The translations under genes were made by a program, and so were the position numbers. This document shows positions 21,332 to 31,625 of a DNA stretch of 64,000 bases, piece by piece. Each line of letters starts with the position of its first letter. Positions within the stretch are counted from its first letter, which is position 1. The stretch covers positions 10,446 through 74,445 of the forward strand of contig JBBRAE010000012.1 of the NCBI GenBank assembly GCA_038207085.1, in the 5' to 3' direction. This DNA comes from Armatimonadota bacterium (GTDB lineage: Bacteria > Armatimonadota > UBA5829 > DTLH01). Below the pieces are notes generated by a model, which was not told the origin of the DNA, searched no databases, and worked only from the letters and a program-made list of their open reading frames with translations.

Positions 21332-23029
21332 TTGCTTGAACGACTCGGGGGACTTTCCCCAAAAACCAGATGGGCTATTTTGATCGCGGCTTGCGCGGTC
21401 TTTTTCTTTGCTTGGTTTGTGCGGGTGCCGCTGACGGAGATCGACGAGACTCGTTTTACCGAGTCTAGCCGCGAGATGATCGAGTCGGGCAACTGGGTCA
21501 TCCCATACTGCAACTACGAGCCGCGCTACCGTAAACCGATCGGCTTCTACTGGGTGCAGGCGGCGGCGATGAAGACGTTTGGCAACAACGAAGTGGCCGC
21601 ACGGCTGCCATCAGCTGTGTCGGCTACGGCTCTCGTGCTTATGATGTACGGGTTCCTCCTTGGAAAGCTCGCCGGGGAGGCTGAGTCGAAAAAACGGGCT
21701 GGGGGGGCGGCGTTTTTGGCGTCGCTCGCGCTTGTGGTCTGTCCGCTTGTTGCGGTGTACGCGCGGGCGGCGGTGACTGATCACGTGCTGACGCTCTTTA
21801 TCACAGGTGCGCTTCTATCGATCTTGAACGCTGACCTCGCGACCGACAGAAAGTCGATCAGGCGATGGTATATGCTCGCGGGAATCTCAGCGGGCCTTGC
21901 GTTTCTCACCAAGGGGCCGCAGGGGCTCGTGATTCCGGGGGCGGTGTGGTTTCTTTATCACGCTAGTCGACGAAATCTAATGAACGCGGCAAAGAGCGTG
22001 CCTTGGGCGTCGACGATCGGGCTCTTTGTGCTTGTCGCAGCGCCCTGGTATGTGGCGACCTATGTCGTCGACGGCCCGGCGTTCCTCAGGTGGTTTTTTC
22101 TGAGAGAGAACGTCGCCCGGTATTCTTCTACGATGGAGGGGCACGGGTCGAACAACCCGCTTCGGGTGTTTATCACACCGCTGATGTCGATTCTGCTTAT
22201 GTTCCCGGTGAGCGCCTACGTGCTGAACGAGCTTGCAAGGCCGTTTGGCGGCGCAACTGACGCAAAAACCGACACGCTTGCCCGGATGCGGCGCTTTGCC
22301 ATCGTCTGGCTTGTGGTCGTGGTCGGAATATTCTCGATCTCCAAGACCCAGCTTCCCCAGTATGTGATGAGTATCATCGGCGCGTGCGGGGTTCTCTTTG
22401 CGATCAACCTGCTCGGGCGGTTTTCGATCGAGAACAATCGGGCGCGGTGGGGAGAGACGGCTATCATCTCGATTGTTGGCCTGGGCTACGGGTTTCTGCT
22501 CCTCAAGGTGCTCCAGCGCGGCGACGCGACGGTGAAGCTCCCCGCGATGCCATTTCCGCAGCCCATTACCACAATCGTTCTGATCTCGGGCATTGTGCTC
22601 GCGCTTGCAGTGGCAGTCGGGGCGATCGTACTTGGGTCGATGCGAAAGCAAAGCGTCGCATGGACGATCTCGGTCTGGTCGCTCTTTATGGCGGTGTTCG
22701 TCCTTGGGGTGCTCCCGATCTGGGTCAGAAGCGCATATATGCCATCGGTCAGGGTCGGCGAGTATTTGCGGACGCTCCCCAAAGGTGTGACCGTCGTCAG
22801 CAACACCAAGAAGAACTCGGAGAGCCTCTACTATTACGCAGAGCGGCGGGTGGAGTCAGCGCGGCAGAGCGACCCGAAAACGCTTGGCAAGCTGCGTGCT
22901 ATGCTTCAAAAGACGGGCAAGCTGGCTGTTGTTACCGACGATCATGGGGCCGAGGGACTGAAGAGCTTAGGGCGAGTCGCCGAGCTTCGCAGGTTTGGGA
23001 AGATTGTGGTTGTTGGTGTGAGCAAGTAG
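21332..23029 (+). CDS. ArnT-like GT-C glycosyltransferase (PMT_2)
   Basis: DETRF...REM..SGNW..P..N..PRY.KP..YW, ARLPSA, KGP, PWY, SKTQLPQY; multi-TM. Confidence 0.88.
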   Translation: MLERLGGLSPKTRWAILIAACAVFFFAWFVRVPLTEIDETRFTESSREMIESGNWVIPYCNYEPRYRKPIGFYWVQAAAMKTFGNNEVAARLPSAVSATALVLMMYGFLLGKLAGEAESKKRAGGAAFLASLALVVCPLVAVYARAAVTDHVLTLFITGALLSILNADLATDRKSIRRWYMLAGISAGLAFLTKGPQGLVIPGAVWFLYHASRRNLMNAAKSVPWASTIGLFVLVAAPWYVATYVVDGPAFLRWFFLRENVARYSSTMEGHGSNNPLRVFITPLMSILLMFPVSAYVLNELARPFGGATDAKTDTLARMRRFAIVWLVVVVGIFSISKTQLPQYVMSIIGACGVLFAINLLGRFSIENNRARWGETAIISIVGLGYGFLLLKVLQRGDATVKLPAMPFPQPITTIVLISGIVLALAVAVGAIVLGSMRKQSVAWTISVWSLFMAVFVLGVLPIWVRSAYMPSVRVGEYLRTLPKGVTVVSNTKKNSESLYYYAERRVESARQSDPKTLGKLRAMLQKTGKLAVVTDDHGAEGLKSLGRVAELRRFGKIVVVGVSK

Positions 23030-23042
23030 CGGCACACCTGAT

Positions 23043-23158
23043 CGCGCCGGTTCTGGAGAACCGGCGCGGATATTCCCAGGGTCTCCTGACCCCATAGCGC
23101 ATGGATCGGGGTCTGGAGACCCCTCAAATGTGCGTGCCGCGTCTGGAGACACGGCACG
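23043..23158. repeat. Cluster of four REP-like hairpins sharing a TC(T/A)GGAGA core
   Basis: Hairpins at 23043-23068, 23079-23092 (inverted), 23108-23123 and 23133-23158, between convergent genes. Confidence 0.6.
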
Positions 23159-23180
23159 ATCAAGGCACGATCAGATCAAA

Positions 23181-24182
23181 CTATACTTTGCAGGCGTCAG
23201 CATCCTCGTCGCTTACATCTTCAAACTCAGGAACCGGCGCAGATTTCCCCGCCATGATCGAAGGGACGAACGCCGCGCCGGGGGTGCTCGCTAGCATCAT
23301 GATCGTTCTGTAGAGCAACGCCGCAGCGGTGGCGGTGGCGGTTGAGACTCCCATGTGAGAGAATACATAGACCACGGAGAGCTCCTGCACGCCCAGGCCG
23401 TTGATTGAGATCGGCACCAGGGTCACGAAGTAGACTATCGTCCAAAGCCCGGCGATTGTGGCAAACGGGACAGGCTCGCCCATCACGACGAAGAGCAGCG
23501 CGAAAAAGCCGAACGTGGCGAGCATATGGACCCAGGTGCAGACTATCGCGCCAAAGAGATGGTAGGGACGGGTCGCGCCCTGCAGAAGCGCGCGCAGCAT
23601 CCGTCCGAGTATCCCCTTCACTTTGCCTGCAATTCCGCCGCCGGAGATCGCCGCTACCTGGGGGCAGGCCAGCATCGAGCTCTTGTGAAACGGCATGTGG
23701 AAGCGCAGTACATGCGTAAACGCGGGCAGGCCGAACGGGATGGCGACGACCATTCCAAGCAGCCCAACGAGCCGGTCCAGCACCACCGATGCGGCGCTCT
23801 TTGAACCGCTGTAACCAAGCTGCATAAGCGCGGCGAGCCTGGCGGCGTCGCCTCCGACGGTGCTCGGCAAGAAGTTCGAAGCAAATAGCCCGGCGAAGGT
23901 GATCTCCATGCTGCGGCGAAACGGCATCTCAACCCCAAGCCCGCGCAGCAGCACATACCAGCGGACTCCGGTCGCGAGGCGCGAGACCATCATCAGCGCG
24001 CAGCAGGCCAGAATGCACCAGATGGGGATGCTCCGAAACGCTCGGATGATCTCACCCCAACCCTGTTTTTGAAGCAGAAATAGGAGCAGGCCGAACGAGC
24101 CGACGCTACCTGTCAGACGCAGAGCCGAGGTCTTCGAGACCTTGCGAAACACCGAGGGCATCTCCGGAATCCTTTCTCCCAA
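23181..24182 (-). CDS. Lysylphosphatidylglycerol synthase TM-domain (flippase-like) protein
   Basis: RWYVLL, F.SNFLPSTVGGD, DR..G, PISINGLGVQE; start may be 24161. Confidence 0.85.
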   Translation of the reverse strand: MGERIPEMPSVFRKVSKTSALRLTGSVGSFGLLLFLLQKQGWGEIIRAFRSIPIWCILACCALMMVSRLATGVRWYVLLRGLGVEMPFRRSMEITFAGLFASNFLPSTVGGDAARLAALMQLGYSGSKSAASVVLDRLVGLLGMVVAIPFGLPAFTHVLRFHMPFHKSSMLACPQVAAISGGGIAGKVKGILGRMLRALLQGATRPYHLFGAIVCTWVHMLATFGFFALLFVVMGEPVPFATIAGLWTIVYFVTLVPISINGLGVQELSVVYVFSHMGVSTATATAAALLYRTIMMLASTPGAAFVPSIMAGKSAPVPEFEDVSDEDADACKV

Positions 24183-25119
24183 TGACCTTTTTCAGGTGGT
24201 AAATGGGCATCGACTGCGACTCGTGGTAAGTGCGCATCAAGACCTCGGCGACAAGCCCGAGCATCACGCTCTGCGCGCCGATCGCGAAAAGCACCGCCGA
24301 CGATGTGAGAAGCGGCACAACAGGCTCGTGCGCTCCGAAACCGAGGTTGGCGGCGAGCAGGTAGGCTATCGGGAGCAGCCCAGCCGCCATCGCCCAAGCA
24401 CCGACCTTGCCGAACAGGTATATCGGCTTGGTGCTGTAGCGGACGAACATGTTCACCGTGCAAAGGTCGAGAATGACCTTGAAGGTGCGCCCGAGGCCGT
24501 ATTTCGATGTGCCGAAGCGCCTCGCGTGATGGGTCACCGGGGTCTCAAGGATCTTGCCGCCGGACATCGCGATGTAGGCGGGGATAAATCTGTGCATCTC
24601 GCCGTAAAGCCTGAAGCTCTTCACGATCTCGCGCTTGATCACCTTCAGGGTGCAGCCGTAATCGTGGAGGTTGACGCCGGTCACCTTGCGGATCAGCCGG
24701 TTTGCGATCACGCTCGGGAGTTTTCGGCTGAGGAGCTTGTCCTGTCGGTTTGCGCGCCACCCGCAGACGGCGTCGTAGCCCTCGTCGAGCCGCGCGAGCA
24801 TCATCGGGATATCGGCGGGGTCGTTTTGGAGGTCGGCGTCCATCAGTGCGATCACGTCGCCTGAAGCGTGGTCCATCCCGGCCATCATAGCGGCGGTCTG
24901 ACCGTGGTTTCGTCGGAACTGGACTACGACCACATGCTCGGAGTCGTCGCGAGCGAGCTGTTCGAGCACCGCGACACTTCCGTCGCTGCTCCCGTCGTCC
25001 ACATAGACGACCTCCCAGGCGCACTCAAGCGCGGAAAGCGCCTCCCCGAGCGTTCGGTGCAGATGCGGAACGCTCTCCACCTCGTTATAGACCGGTATCA
25101 CGACCGATAGCAGTTTCAC
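24106..25119 (-). CDS. GT2 polyprenol-phosphate glycosyltransferase (ArnC/GtrB-like)
   Basis: VIPVYNE, VDDGSSD, N.GQTAA, DADLQNDP, GEMHRFIP, R.FGTSKYG; two C-terminal TMs. Confidence 0.92.
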   Translation of the reverse strand: MKLLSVVIPVYNEVESVPHLHRTLGEALSALECAWEVVYVDDGSSDGSVAVLEQLARDDSEHVVVVQFRRNHGQTAAMMAGMDHASGDVIALMDADLQNDPADIPMMLARLDEGYDAVCGWRANRQDKLLSRKLPSVIANRLIRKVTGVNLHDYGCTLKVIKREIVKSFRLYGEMHRFIPAYIAMSGGKILETPVTHHARRFGTSKYGLGRTFKVILDLCTVNMFVRYSTKPIYLFGKVGAWAMAAGLLPIAYLLAANLGFGAHEPVVPLLTSSAVLFAIGAQSVMLGLVAEVLMRTYHESQSMPIYHLKKVIGRKDSGDALGVSQGLEDLGSASDR

Positions 25120-25286
25120 TTGCTGTCCACCACCTTGCGAATTTGTCGCCGCCTCATGCGGCAGCCTCTATTATACAACCTCAAGCGGAAACTGTCGAAG
25201 ATATGTGAGCGAGTGAGCGAACCGCGCTTGACACATGGCGCGCGAGGGAACTACACTGTGGCGGATTACTTACGGAGGAAAGAGAA

Positions 25287-25802
25287 TTGCCGACGGTTGA
25301 GATTGAGGTTAGCCCGGAGTTTATCATAGACATGCGCCGCAATATCGTGAAGAAACGCTCAGCGGCGGAGGTGGTGATGGTCGCCCCTCGGACAGGCGGC
25401 ACAGTGCTGCTCCACACCAAGGCGTTCTATCCGCCGGACACGTTCAGGCTGCCCACGGGTAGGCTCCACTTCGAGGAAAACCCGGACGAGTCGTTTTTCA
25501 GGGAGTACCGCGAGGAGCTCGGGCACGACGCAGAGCTCGATCGCAAGCTCGGAGTCGTGGTGCAAAGGCTGATCTCAGGGGACGAGTCGCTTGATTTCAC
25601 CTCGCACGTGTATCTTGCCAAACGAAGTGACGCGCCTCCGGTCCCGGAGGACACCTCAGAGCAGATAACGGAGTTTATCGAGGTATCGGTCGCGGGGATT
25701 CGGGATACGGCAGAGAAGCTTCGGAACATGCCGGAGGGATGGAGCGATTGGGGCAAGATGCGGGCGGCGGTGCACGACTTTGTCGCCGAAGAGCTCACGT
25801 AG
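25287..25802 (+). CDS. NUDIX hydrolase
   Basis: PTG.....E.......REYREELG Nudix box. Confidence 0.85.
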   Translation: MPTVEIEVSPEFIIDMRRNIVKKRSAAEVVMVAPRTGGTVLLHTKAFYPPDTFRLPTGRLHFEENPDESFFREYREELGHDAELDRKLGVVVQRLISGDESLDFTSHVYLAKRSDAPPVPEDTSEQITEFIEVSVAGIRDTAEKLRNMPEGWSDWGKMRAAVHDFVAEELT

Positions 25803-25816
25803 CTTTCGGGAAGAAG

Positions 25817-25850
25817 CGTTCGCGCCGAGTCGGGTGACGCGGCGCGAACG
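25817..25850. terminator. Stem-loop between convergent genes
   Basis: CGTTCGCGCCG / CGGCGCGAACG. Confidence 0.55.
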
Positions 25851-25858
25851 GGGTTTCT

Positions 25859-26503
25859 CTATTTCTTCTTTGCCGGGGCCGGTTTGGCAGCGGGCTTCTT
25901 TGCAACAGGCTTGGCGACAGGTTTCTTCTTGGCCTCAAGAGCCGTGAAATACTTCATCGAGTTTCCTGCCCACGCGGCAAGCTTCGGCACGTTTACGAAC
26001 CCTACGGTGCGCACTGCATAGACGGACTTTTTGACCGGGTCCGTGCCGACGACGAAAAAGTCCTGGGAGTCGCGCGCGTAGACCGACACGGTCCCTTTGC
26101 CTACTACCGAGGCGTCGTAAAGCACTCTGCTCCAACCATCCTCAGCGGTAAGTTTGCCTGCGTAGAAACTCATCACGCTTGCTGGAGTCGTCGTCGCGGC
26201 AAGGCGGAACTGCATCGCCCGCACCACCTCTACGTCCTGAAACGCATCAACGAGGGTGTTCAGATCAGCGTTTTTCAGAAACTCGCCGAGCTCGCCGCCG
26301 CTCACCTGCGCCGTCTGCACGAACGCGGGAACAGCCTGCTTGATCATGCCGAGGATGTCGTTGTCGGTTATGTTGATCTCTGTTAGCAAGGTCGTCCCCG
26401 GAGCCACGGGGATCTCTGGCTGAGCGACGACCTGCGGCTGCTGGGCACATACCAGGACCGGAAGAACCATTGCCGCAAATGCGGCAAGAAACATTTTTTT
26501 CAT
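25859..26503 (-). CDS. Secreted hypothetical protein with Lys/Ala/Pro-rich tail
   Basis: Signal peptide MKKMFLAAFAAMVLP; AGGAGG RBS; C-terminal KKKPVAKPVAKKPAAKPAPAKKK. Confidence 0.8.
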   Translation of the reverse strand: MKKMFLAAFAAMVLPVLVCAQQPQVVAQPEIPVAPGTTLLTEINITDNDILGMIKQAVPAFVQTAQVSGGELGEFLKNADLNTLVDAFQDVEVVRAMQFRLAATTTPASVMSFYAGKLTAEDGWSRVLYDASVVGKGTVSVYARDSQDFFVVGTDPVKKSVYAVRTVGFVNVPKLAAWAGNSMKYFTALEAKKKPVAKPVAKKPAAKPAPAKKK

Positions 26504-26530
26504 TATCGTCAATCCTCCTTGATTGTGGGC

Positions 26531-27097
26531 CTATTTACCGATTTTCGGGGCCTTCGGGGTCACGCCAAGCTGCTCCATAATGGGAAACACAATACGGACC
26601 GCGTTCGCCGGGTCGAAAAACCCCTTGGTGCATACGGCCTTGATTGTCCCTGCGACGAGCCTGCCCTGCTTGGAGATCGTCGGCTTGATCTGCGCGCCGA
26701 AGTAGCCACCCCCCGAAGTCGCAATGAGCACCATGCCGCTCCCGGGTTTGCCCTGGGTGTTCCAGAGCACCCGCCTGCCGGGAACCTGCTTCTCAAAATA
26801 GGAAAGCATGTCGGCGGCGGCATATTTGGTCGACAGCTTGATCTCGGCGAAGTCCACCGTCTCAAGGTTTCCAAGCGCTGCATGAAGCTGGGTAGGGTCG
26901 AGATCGATCTGTTTGCCGGTCTGAAGGGAAAGCATCATCCCAAGCTGGGCCTCGATCTGCTCGCGGCCAAGGCTCATCTCGGTCGTGACCTTGCCACCGG
27001 ACGGGATGGGAATGCTAAGCACTGCGGACTCAGTCTCCTGGGCGAAGACGGGAGCCGCGAAGACGAGTATAGCAAGAACTGCGAAGAGTCGTTTCAC
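26531..27097 (-). CDS. Secreted hypothetical protein, probable paralog of the neighbouring gene
   Basis: GTG start after GGAGG; signal peptide; shared IP...G....TE pattern and W/RVL motif. Confidence 0.75.
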   Translation of the reverse strand: MKRLFAVLAILVFAAPVFAQETESAVLSIPIPSGGKVTTEMSLGREQIEAQLGMMLSLQTGKQIDLDPTQLHAALGNLETVDFAEIKLSTKYAAADMLSYFEKQVPGRRVLWNTQGKPGSGMVLIATSGGGYFGAQIKPTISKQGRLVAGTIKAVCTKGFFDPANAVRIVFPIMEQLGVTPKAPKIGK

Positions 27098-27328
27098 TGA
27101 CAATTCCTCCAATGTGCAGACGCCACAGAAGCAAGCCCGTGGCGGGTGTATATTACCATAAGTCGTTTCCTCTCACAACAAATCGACCATTTAAGGTTGG
27201 CCATATCAACTTTCTGCGCAATCTGAGCTGGAAATGTGGAAAATCAATACTGAAAGCAAGTATAATTCACTGTTCGATTCTACGGACAACCGCGTCGACG
27301 CGGTTCTGATACCACGTTAGCCAGGTCT

Positions 27329-30300
27329 ATGACTGACTTTATAATTAACCAAACAGATTATATTCACTTCATCTGCGGGCTCGTCTACGTATTAGTGGCG
27401 ACGGTGTGTTTCACCGCCCGCCGCACTACAAGGTCGCGCCTCCCCTGGGAATGGATGGGGTACCTCGCAGTTCTCCATGCCGGAAACAGCTGGATGGACG
27501 TGGTGTCGCAGTCGTTCGCCAATGACTCAGCGATGTCTGTGGTAAGGCCCATTCTGCTCATTGCAGCGTGCCTCTGCCTGATAGAGTTTGCCCGCGTCGG
27601 AACCTCTCGCATAACCGACAGATCCATCGGTCGGTGGGTCTACATTCCACTGCTGATAGCGGCGGGCTCTGGCGGGTTGATGGGCCAGCATGGTCTGGTC
27701 ACATCGCTAAATACCGTTCTGGGGGCTGTGGGTGGGCTGTGGTCGGTTGTCGTAGTGCTGGTAGAAGCGCGAAAACAAGCAACTCTGGCTGGTCGGGCGC
27801 TTAATAACTATGCGACCGCATCAGTGCTGATCGCAGTATCCAGCGTGCTCAAAGACATTGCCCCGCGCATCATGCTCGCACACAAGATTCCCGTAGGTCT
27901 GGTCAGTGTCGCTAACGTATCCATTGAGGTAGTCGCGACTGCACTTGTTATGTGGTCCGCCTTATCCCTGATGATCTACACCCAGGAACTGACGGAGAAA
28001 TCGGACCCACTCAGGCTAATTTGGAGCGCCCGCCACCGAATAATGTGCCGCACACTTGCAGTGATCACGCTCATCGTTTGCTGTGGCTGGATTGTCGCGA
28101 ATGTGGCAGGAACCAAGGTGGACAACGATATCAGAAGGTCACTTCTGACCCGCGCAAGGACGACCGCAGCAGCCATCGACTGGCACAAAGTGAAGTCGCT
28201 TGATGGAAGTCCCTCAGACACCCGAAAGCGCGCCTTTGCGGAACTCAGGCAGCAATTGAGATCCGTAAAGGCATGCAACTCCGACTGCAGGTTTGTCTAT
28301 CTTATGGGCGAGCGCAAAGGCGGTGTGGTCTTTCTGGTCGACTCAGAGCCGACTTCGTCTAGCGACTACTCGCCTCCCGGAGAGCCCTATAATGAGGCTT
28401 CCACCGATATGAAAGGTGTGATTGCGCACCCAGGGGCCATTGTGGAAGGACCAGCCGCTGACCAGTGGGGAAACTGGGTATCCGGGCTGGTGTCTATCGT
28501 CGATACACATACAGGCAAAGTCTCCGGAGTGCTCGGCATGGACACCGACGCCCACAACTGGGCGCAGATGATCGCCAAACAAAGGCTTCTGTGCATCGCG
28601 TTTGTGCTGCTGCTCTGCATAATAACTATAACGTTCGCCTATATCCTGCAGACAACCACAGAAGCCAGCGCCAAAATCTCCCAGTCCGAGCTGCACTACA
28701 GAGGTCTTGTGGAGGGCTCACCAAACTGGGTATCGCTCTTTGACGGCGAAGGGAAATTCCTGTCTATCAACCAGATGGGCGCTTCATGCACGGGCTGGAC
28801 AAGCACCGACCTGCTGGGAACAAGGTTTCACGAGATATGGCCCGAACCGATGCGTGCGATGGTCGAGCGGACGATTACCCGCGTGCTTCGCGGCGACAGA
28901 TGCTCCTTTGAAGGCGAATGCGCGCCACCCAACGGTCGTGCAACGTGCATGAACGTCGTGCTAAACCCAATCCAGGACACGGACGGTGTGACAAGACGGT
29001 TTGTCGGCATCCTGACCGATGTAGCGGAACAGAAGAAGGCCGAGCAGGCCCTTGAGGAAAGCCGAAGGGCGCTTTTCACCCTGCTTGGAAACCTGCCGGG
29101 CATGGCCTATCGCTGCTCCAACGATGAAGGGTGGACTATGGAGTTTGTAAGCGACGGCAGCGTTGAGCTAACCGGCTACAGACCCCAGGAACTCGTCGGT
29201 ACCAGAAGTGTGCGCTACGGAGAGCTGATCCATCCCGAGGACCGCGACAACGTCTGGCGGACTGTTCAAGAGGCGATAGACAACGACAAAGGATTCCGTC
29301 TCAACTACAGGATAGTCACCTCCGAAGGCGTCGAAAAGTGGGTATGGGAACAGGGACGCGCGATAATCCGCAGGTCGGACTCACACATCGTCCTTGAAGG
29401 GTTTATTGTAGATATCACAGATCAGAAACGCGCCGAAGAGGCACTTGTCGAAGGTGAGCGCAGATACCGACTCCTTGCAGAAAATGTCCGAGACGTCATC
29501 TGGACCACTGATCTTGGCCTGAAAACAACGTTTGTCAGCCCGTCGGTCGCAGCCCTCACCGGCTATGTGCCCGGCGATATGACCGGGATGAACGCCCGCA
29601 ACATGATGACCCAGGCAAGCTACACCGCGATGGTCCGGGCGATAGCCTCGGCAAGGCAGGCGGAGTGCGAGACAGATAGGCCGCCTGATCCGCGTTCGAT
29701 AGAGCTTGAGTTTGTTCGTAAAGACAGCGACACCGTCTGGACCGAAAACGAGCTTTCGTTCCTTCGCGGATCAGACGGCAAAACGATGGGGATCATGGGC
29801 GTCGCCCGGGACATCACCCGACGCAAGCAGACCGAGTCGCACCTGCGTCTTCAGACATCAGCCGTAAACGCGGCAAGTGACCTTATAGTCATTACCAACG
29901 TGCAGGGCGGAATCGAGTTCGTGAACGCCGCGTTCGAGCAAGAAACCGGCTACGAAATGCGCGATGTGCTCGGACAAAAGCTGAGCCTCCTGAAATCCGG
30001 CAAGCAGGAAGAACCTTTCTACTCTGAGCTCTGGCAGACGATCCTTGCGGGATATACCTGGCAGGGTGAGATGGTCAACAAACGCAAAGACGGCAGCATC
30101 TACGTCGAGGACATGTCTATCACCCCAATCAAAAACGACACCGGAGCGATAGAGCACTTCGTCGCGATCAAACGCAACATCACGGAGAAAAAGGTCTACG
30201 AGCGCAAGCTCGACCATCTCGCGCACCACGATCACCTGACGGGGCTCCCGAACAGGCTCCTCTTCAGCGACCGGCTGACCCAGAGCATCGCGGTCGCGCA

Positions 30301-31534
30301 GCGCCGAAACAAGCTCGCCGCAGTGATGTTCCTTGACCTCGACCGGTTCAAGTATATCAACGACACCCTCGGGCACAACGTCGGCGACAGCCTTCTAAAG
30401 CAGGTCGCGCACAGGCTTTCACTGACTCTAAGGCGGGCCGACACGATCGCCCGGATGGGTGGCGACGAGTTTACGATCATCCTCGGCGACATCGACTCTC
30501 CGCAGGACGCAACCCGCGTGGCAAAGAAGGTGCTAGACTCGCTCACAAAGCCGTTCCTGCTTGACGGGCGAGAGCTGTTTGTCACAACAAGCGTCGGCAT
30601 AAGCGTCTACCCCAATGACGGGGTCGACGTTGAGACTCTCGTTAGAAACGCCGACACGGCGATGTATCAGGCCAAGGAGGAAGGTCGCAACTGCTACCAC
30701 ATCTACACCAATGAGCTGAACACCGCCGCAATGGAGCGGATGACGATGGAGAACAGCCTGAGGAAGGCGCTTGAGCGCGAAGAGTTCGTCGTCTACTACC
30801 AGCCGAGGGTCGACCTGAAGACGGGACAGATCCTTGGAGCCGAGGCGCTCGTGCGCTGGCGTCACCCTGAGTTCGGGCTTGTCGCGCCGGTCCAGTTTAT
30901 TCCGCTCTGCGAGGAGACGGGGCTTATCGTGCCATTGAGCGAGTGGGTGCTGCGCGAGTCGTGCAAACAGAACAAGGCCTGGCAGGACGCGGGGTATGAC
31001 CCCATTTCGATCGCCGTCAACATCTCAGTCAAACAGGTGGAACAGCGAGGGCTGCGGGCGACTGTCACAAGAGCCCTTCGGGACACAGGGCTAAACCCGA
31101 TCTATCTCGACCTTGAGCTAACCGAAAGCACACTTATGCAGGACCCCAAGCGGACTATCACGGTGCTTGGCAAGATCAAGGATATGGGCGTGCAAATATC
31201 GATCGACGACTTCGGCACGGGGTACTCCTCGCTTAGTTACTTGAAGCAGTTCCCCGTGGACGCAGTGAAGATCGACCAGTCGTTCGTCAAACACGTGACG
31301 ACCGACCCCGATGACGCCGCAATCGCGGGCGCGGTGGTCGCGATGGCCCACAGCTTAAAACTGCGCGTAATCGCTGAAGGCGTGGAAACCCTCCAGCAGC
31401 TCGAGTTCCTGCGGGAGCTGAACTGCGACGAAATGCAGGGCTACTTCGTCAGCCGCCCCGTCCCGGCAGATGAGTTCGAACACCTGCTCAGGCAGGCAGA
31501 CGAGAACTCATTTTGCTGGGCCGAAGCAGCGTAG
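27329..31534 (+). CDS. Membrane-anchored multi-PAS diguanylate cyclase/phosphodiesterase (GGDEF+EAL)
   Basis: TM bundle, extracytoplasmic domain, about 4 PAS/PAC repeats, HDHLTGLPNR, RxxD and GGDEF, EAL, DDFGTGYSS, EGVE, QG. Confidence 0.95.
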   Translation: MTDFIINQTDYIHFICGLVYVLVATVCFTARRTTRSRLPWEWMGYLAVLHAGNSWMDVVSQSFANDSAMSVVRPILLIAACLCLIEFARVGTSRITDRSIGRWVYIPLLIAAGSGGLMGQHGLVTSLNTVLGAVGGLWSVVVVLVEARKQATLAGRALNNYATASVLIAVSSVLKDIAPRIMLAHKIPVGLVSVANVSIEVVATALVMWSALSLMIYTQELTEKSDPLRLIWSARHRIMCRTLAVITLIVCCGWIVANVAGTKVDNDIRRSLLTRARTTAAAIDWHKVKSLDGSPSDTRKRAFAELRQQLRSVKACNSDCRFVYLMGERKGGVVFLVDSEPTSSSDYSPPGEPYNEASTDMKGVIAHPGAIVEGPAADQWGNWVSGLVSIVDTHTGKVSGVLGMDTDAHNWAQMIAKQRLLCIAFVLLLCIITITFAYILQTTTEASAKISQSELHYRGLVEGSPNWVSLFDGEGKFLSINQMGASCTGWTSTDLLGTRFHEIWPEPMRAMVERTITRVLRGDRCSFEGECAPPNGRATCMNVVLNPIQDTDGVTRRFVGILTDVAEQKKAEQALEESRRALFTLLGNLPGMAYRCSNDEGWTMEFVSDGSVELTGYRPQELVGTRSVRYGELIHPEDRDNVWRTVQEAIDNDKGFRLNYRIVTSEGVEKWVWEQGRAIIRRSDSHIVLEGFIVDITDQKRAEEALVEGERRYRLLAENVRDVIWTTDLGLKTTFVSPSVAALTGYVPGDMTGMNARNMMTQASYTAMVRAIASARQAECETDRPPDPRSIELEFVRKDSDTVWTENELSFLRGSDGKTMGIMGVARDITRRKQTESHLRLQTSAVNAASDLIVITNVQGGIEFVNAAFEQETGYEMRDVLGQKLSLLKSGKQEEPFYSELWQTILAGYTWQGEMVNKRKDGSIYVEDMSITPIKNDTGAIEHFVAIKRNITEKKVYERKLDHLAHHDHLTGLPNRLLFSDRLTQSIAVAQRRNKLAAVMFLDLDRFKYINDTLGHNVGDSLLKQVAHRLSLTLRRADTIARMGGDEFTIILGDIDSPQDATRVAKKVLDSLTKPFLLDGRELFVTTSVGISVYPNDGVDVETLVRNADTAMYQAKEEGRNCYHIYTNELNTAAMERMTMENSLRKALEREEFVVYYQPRVDLKTGQILGAEALVRWRHPEFGLVAPVQFIPLCEETGLIVPLSEWVLRESCKQNKAWQDAGYDPISIAVNISVKQVEQRGLRATVTRALRDTGLNPIYLDLELTESTLMQDPKRTITVLGKIKDMGVQISIDDFGTGYSSLSYLKQFPVDAVKIDQSFVKHVTTDPDDAAIAGAVVAMAHSLKLRVIAEGVETLQQLEFLRELNCDEMQGYFVSRPVPADEFEHLLRQADENSFCWAEAA

Positions 31535-31561
31535 GAAAAACGACGCCCAAAACCAGCCTTG

Positions 31562-31591
31562 TTGACACCGTAGTCGGGCGAGCCATATAAT
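31562..31591 (+). promoter_or_regulatory. Consensus sigma70 promoter
   Basis: TTGACA-N18-TATAAT. Confidence 0.6.
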
Positions 31592-31625
31592 TGATTCATA
31601 CAATATAGACCATGGAGAAACGGAA

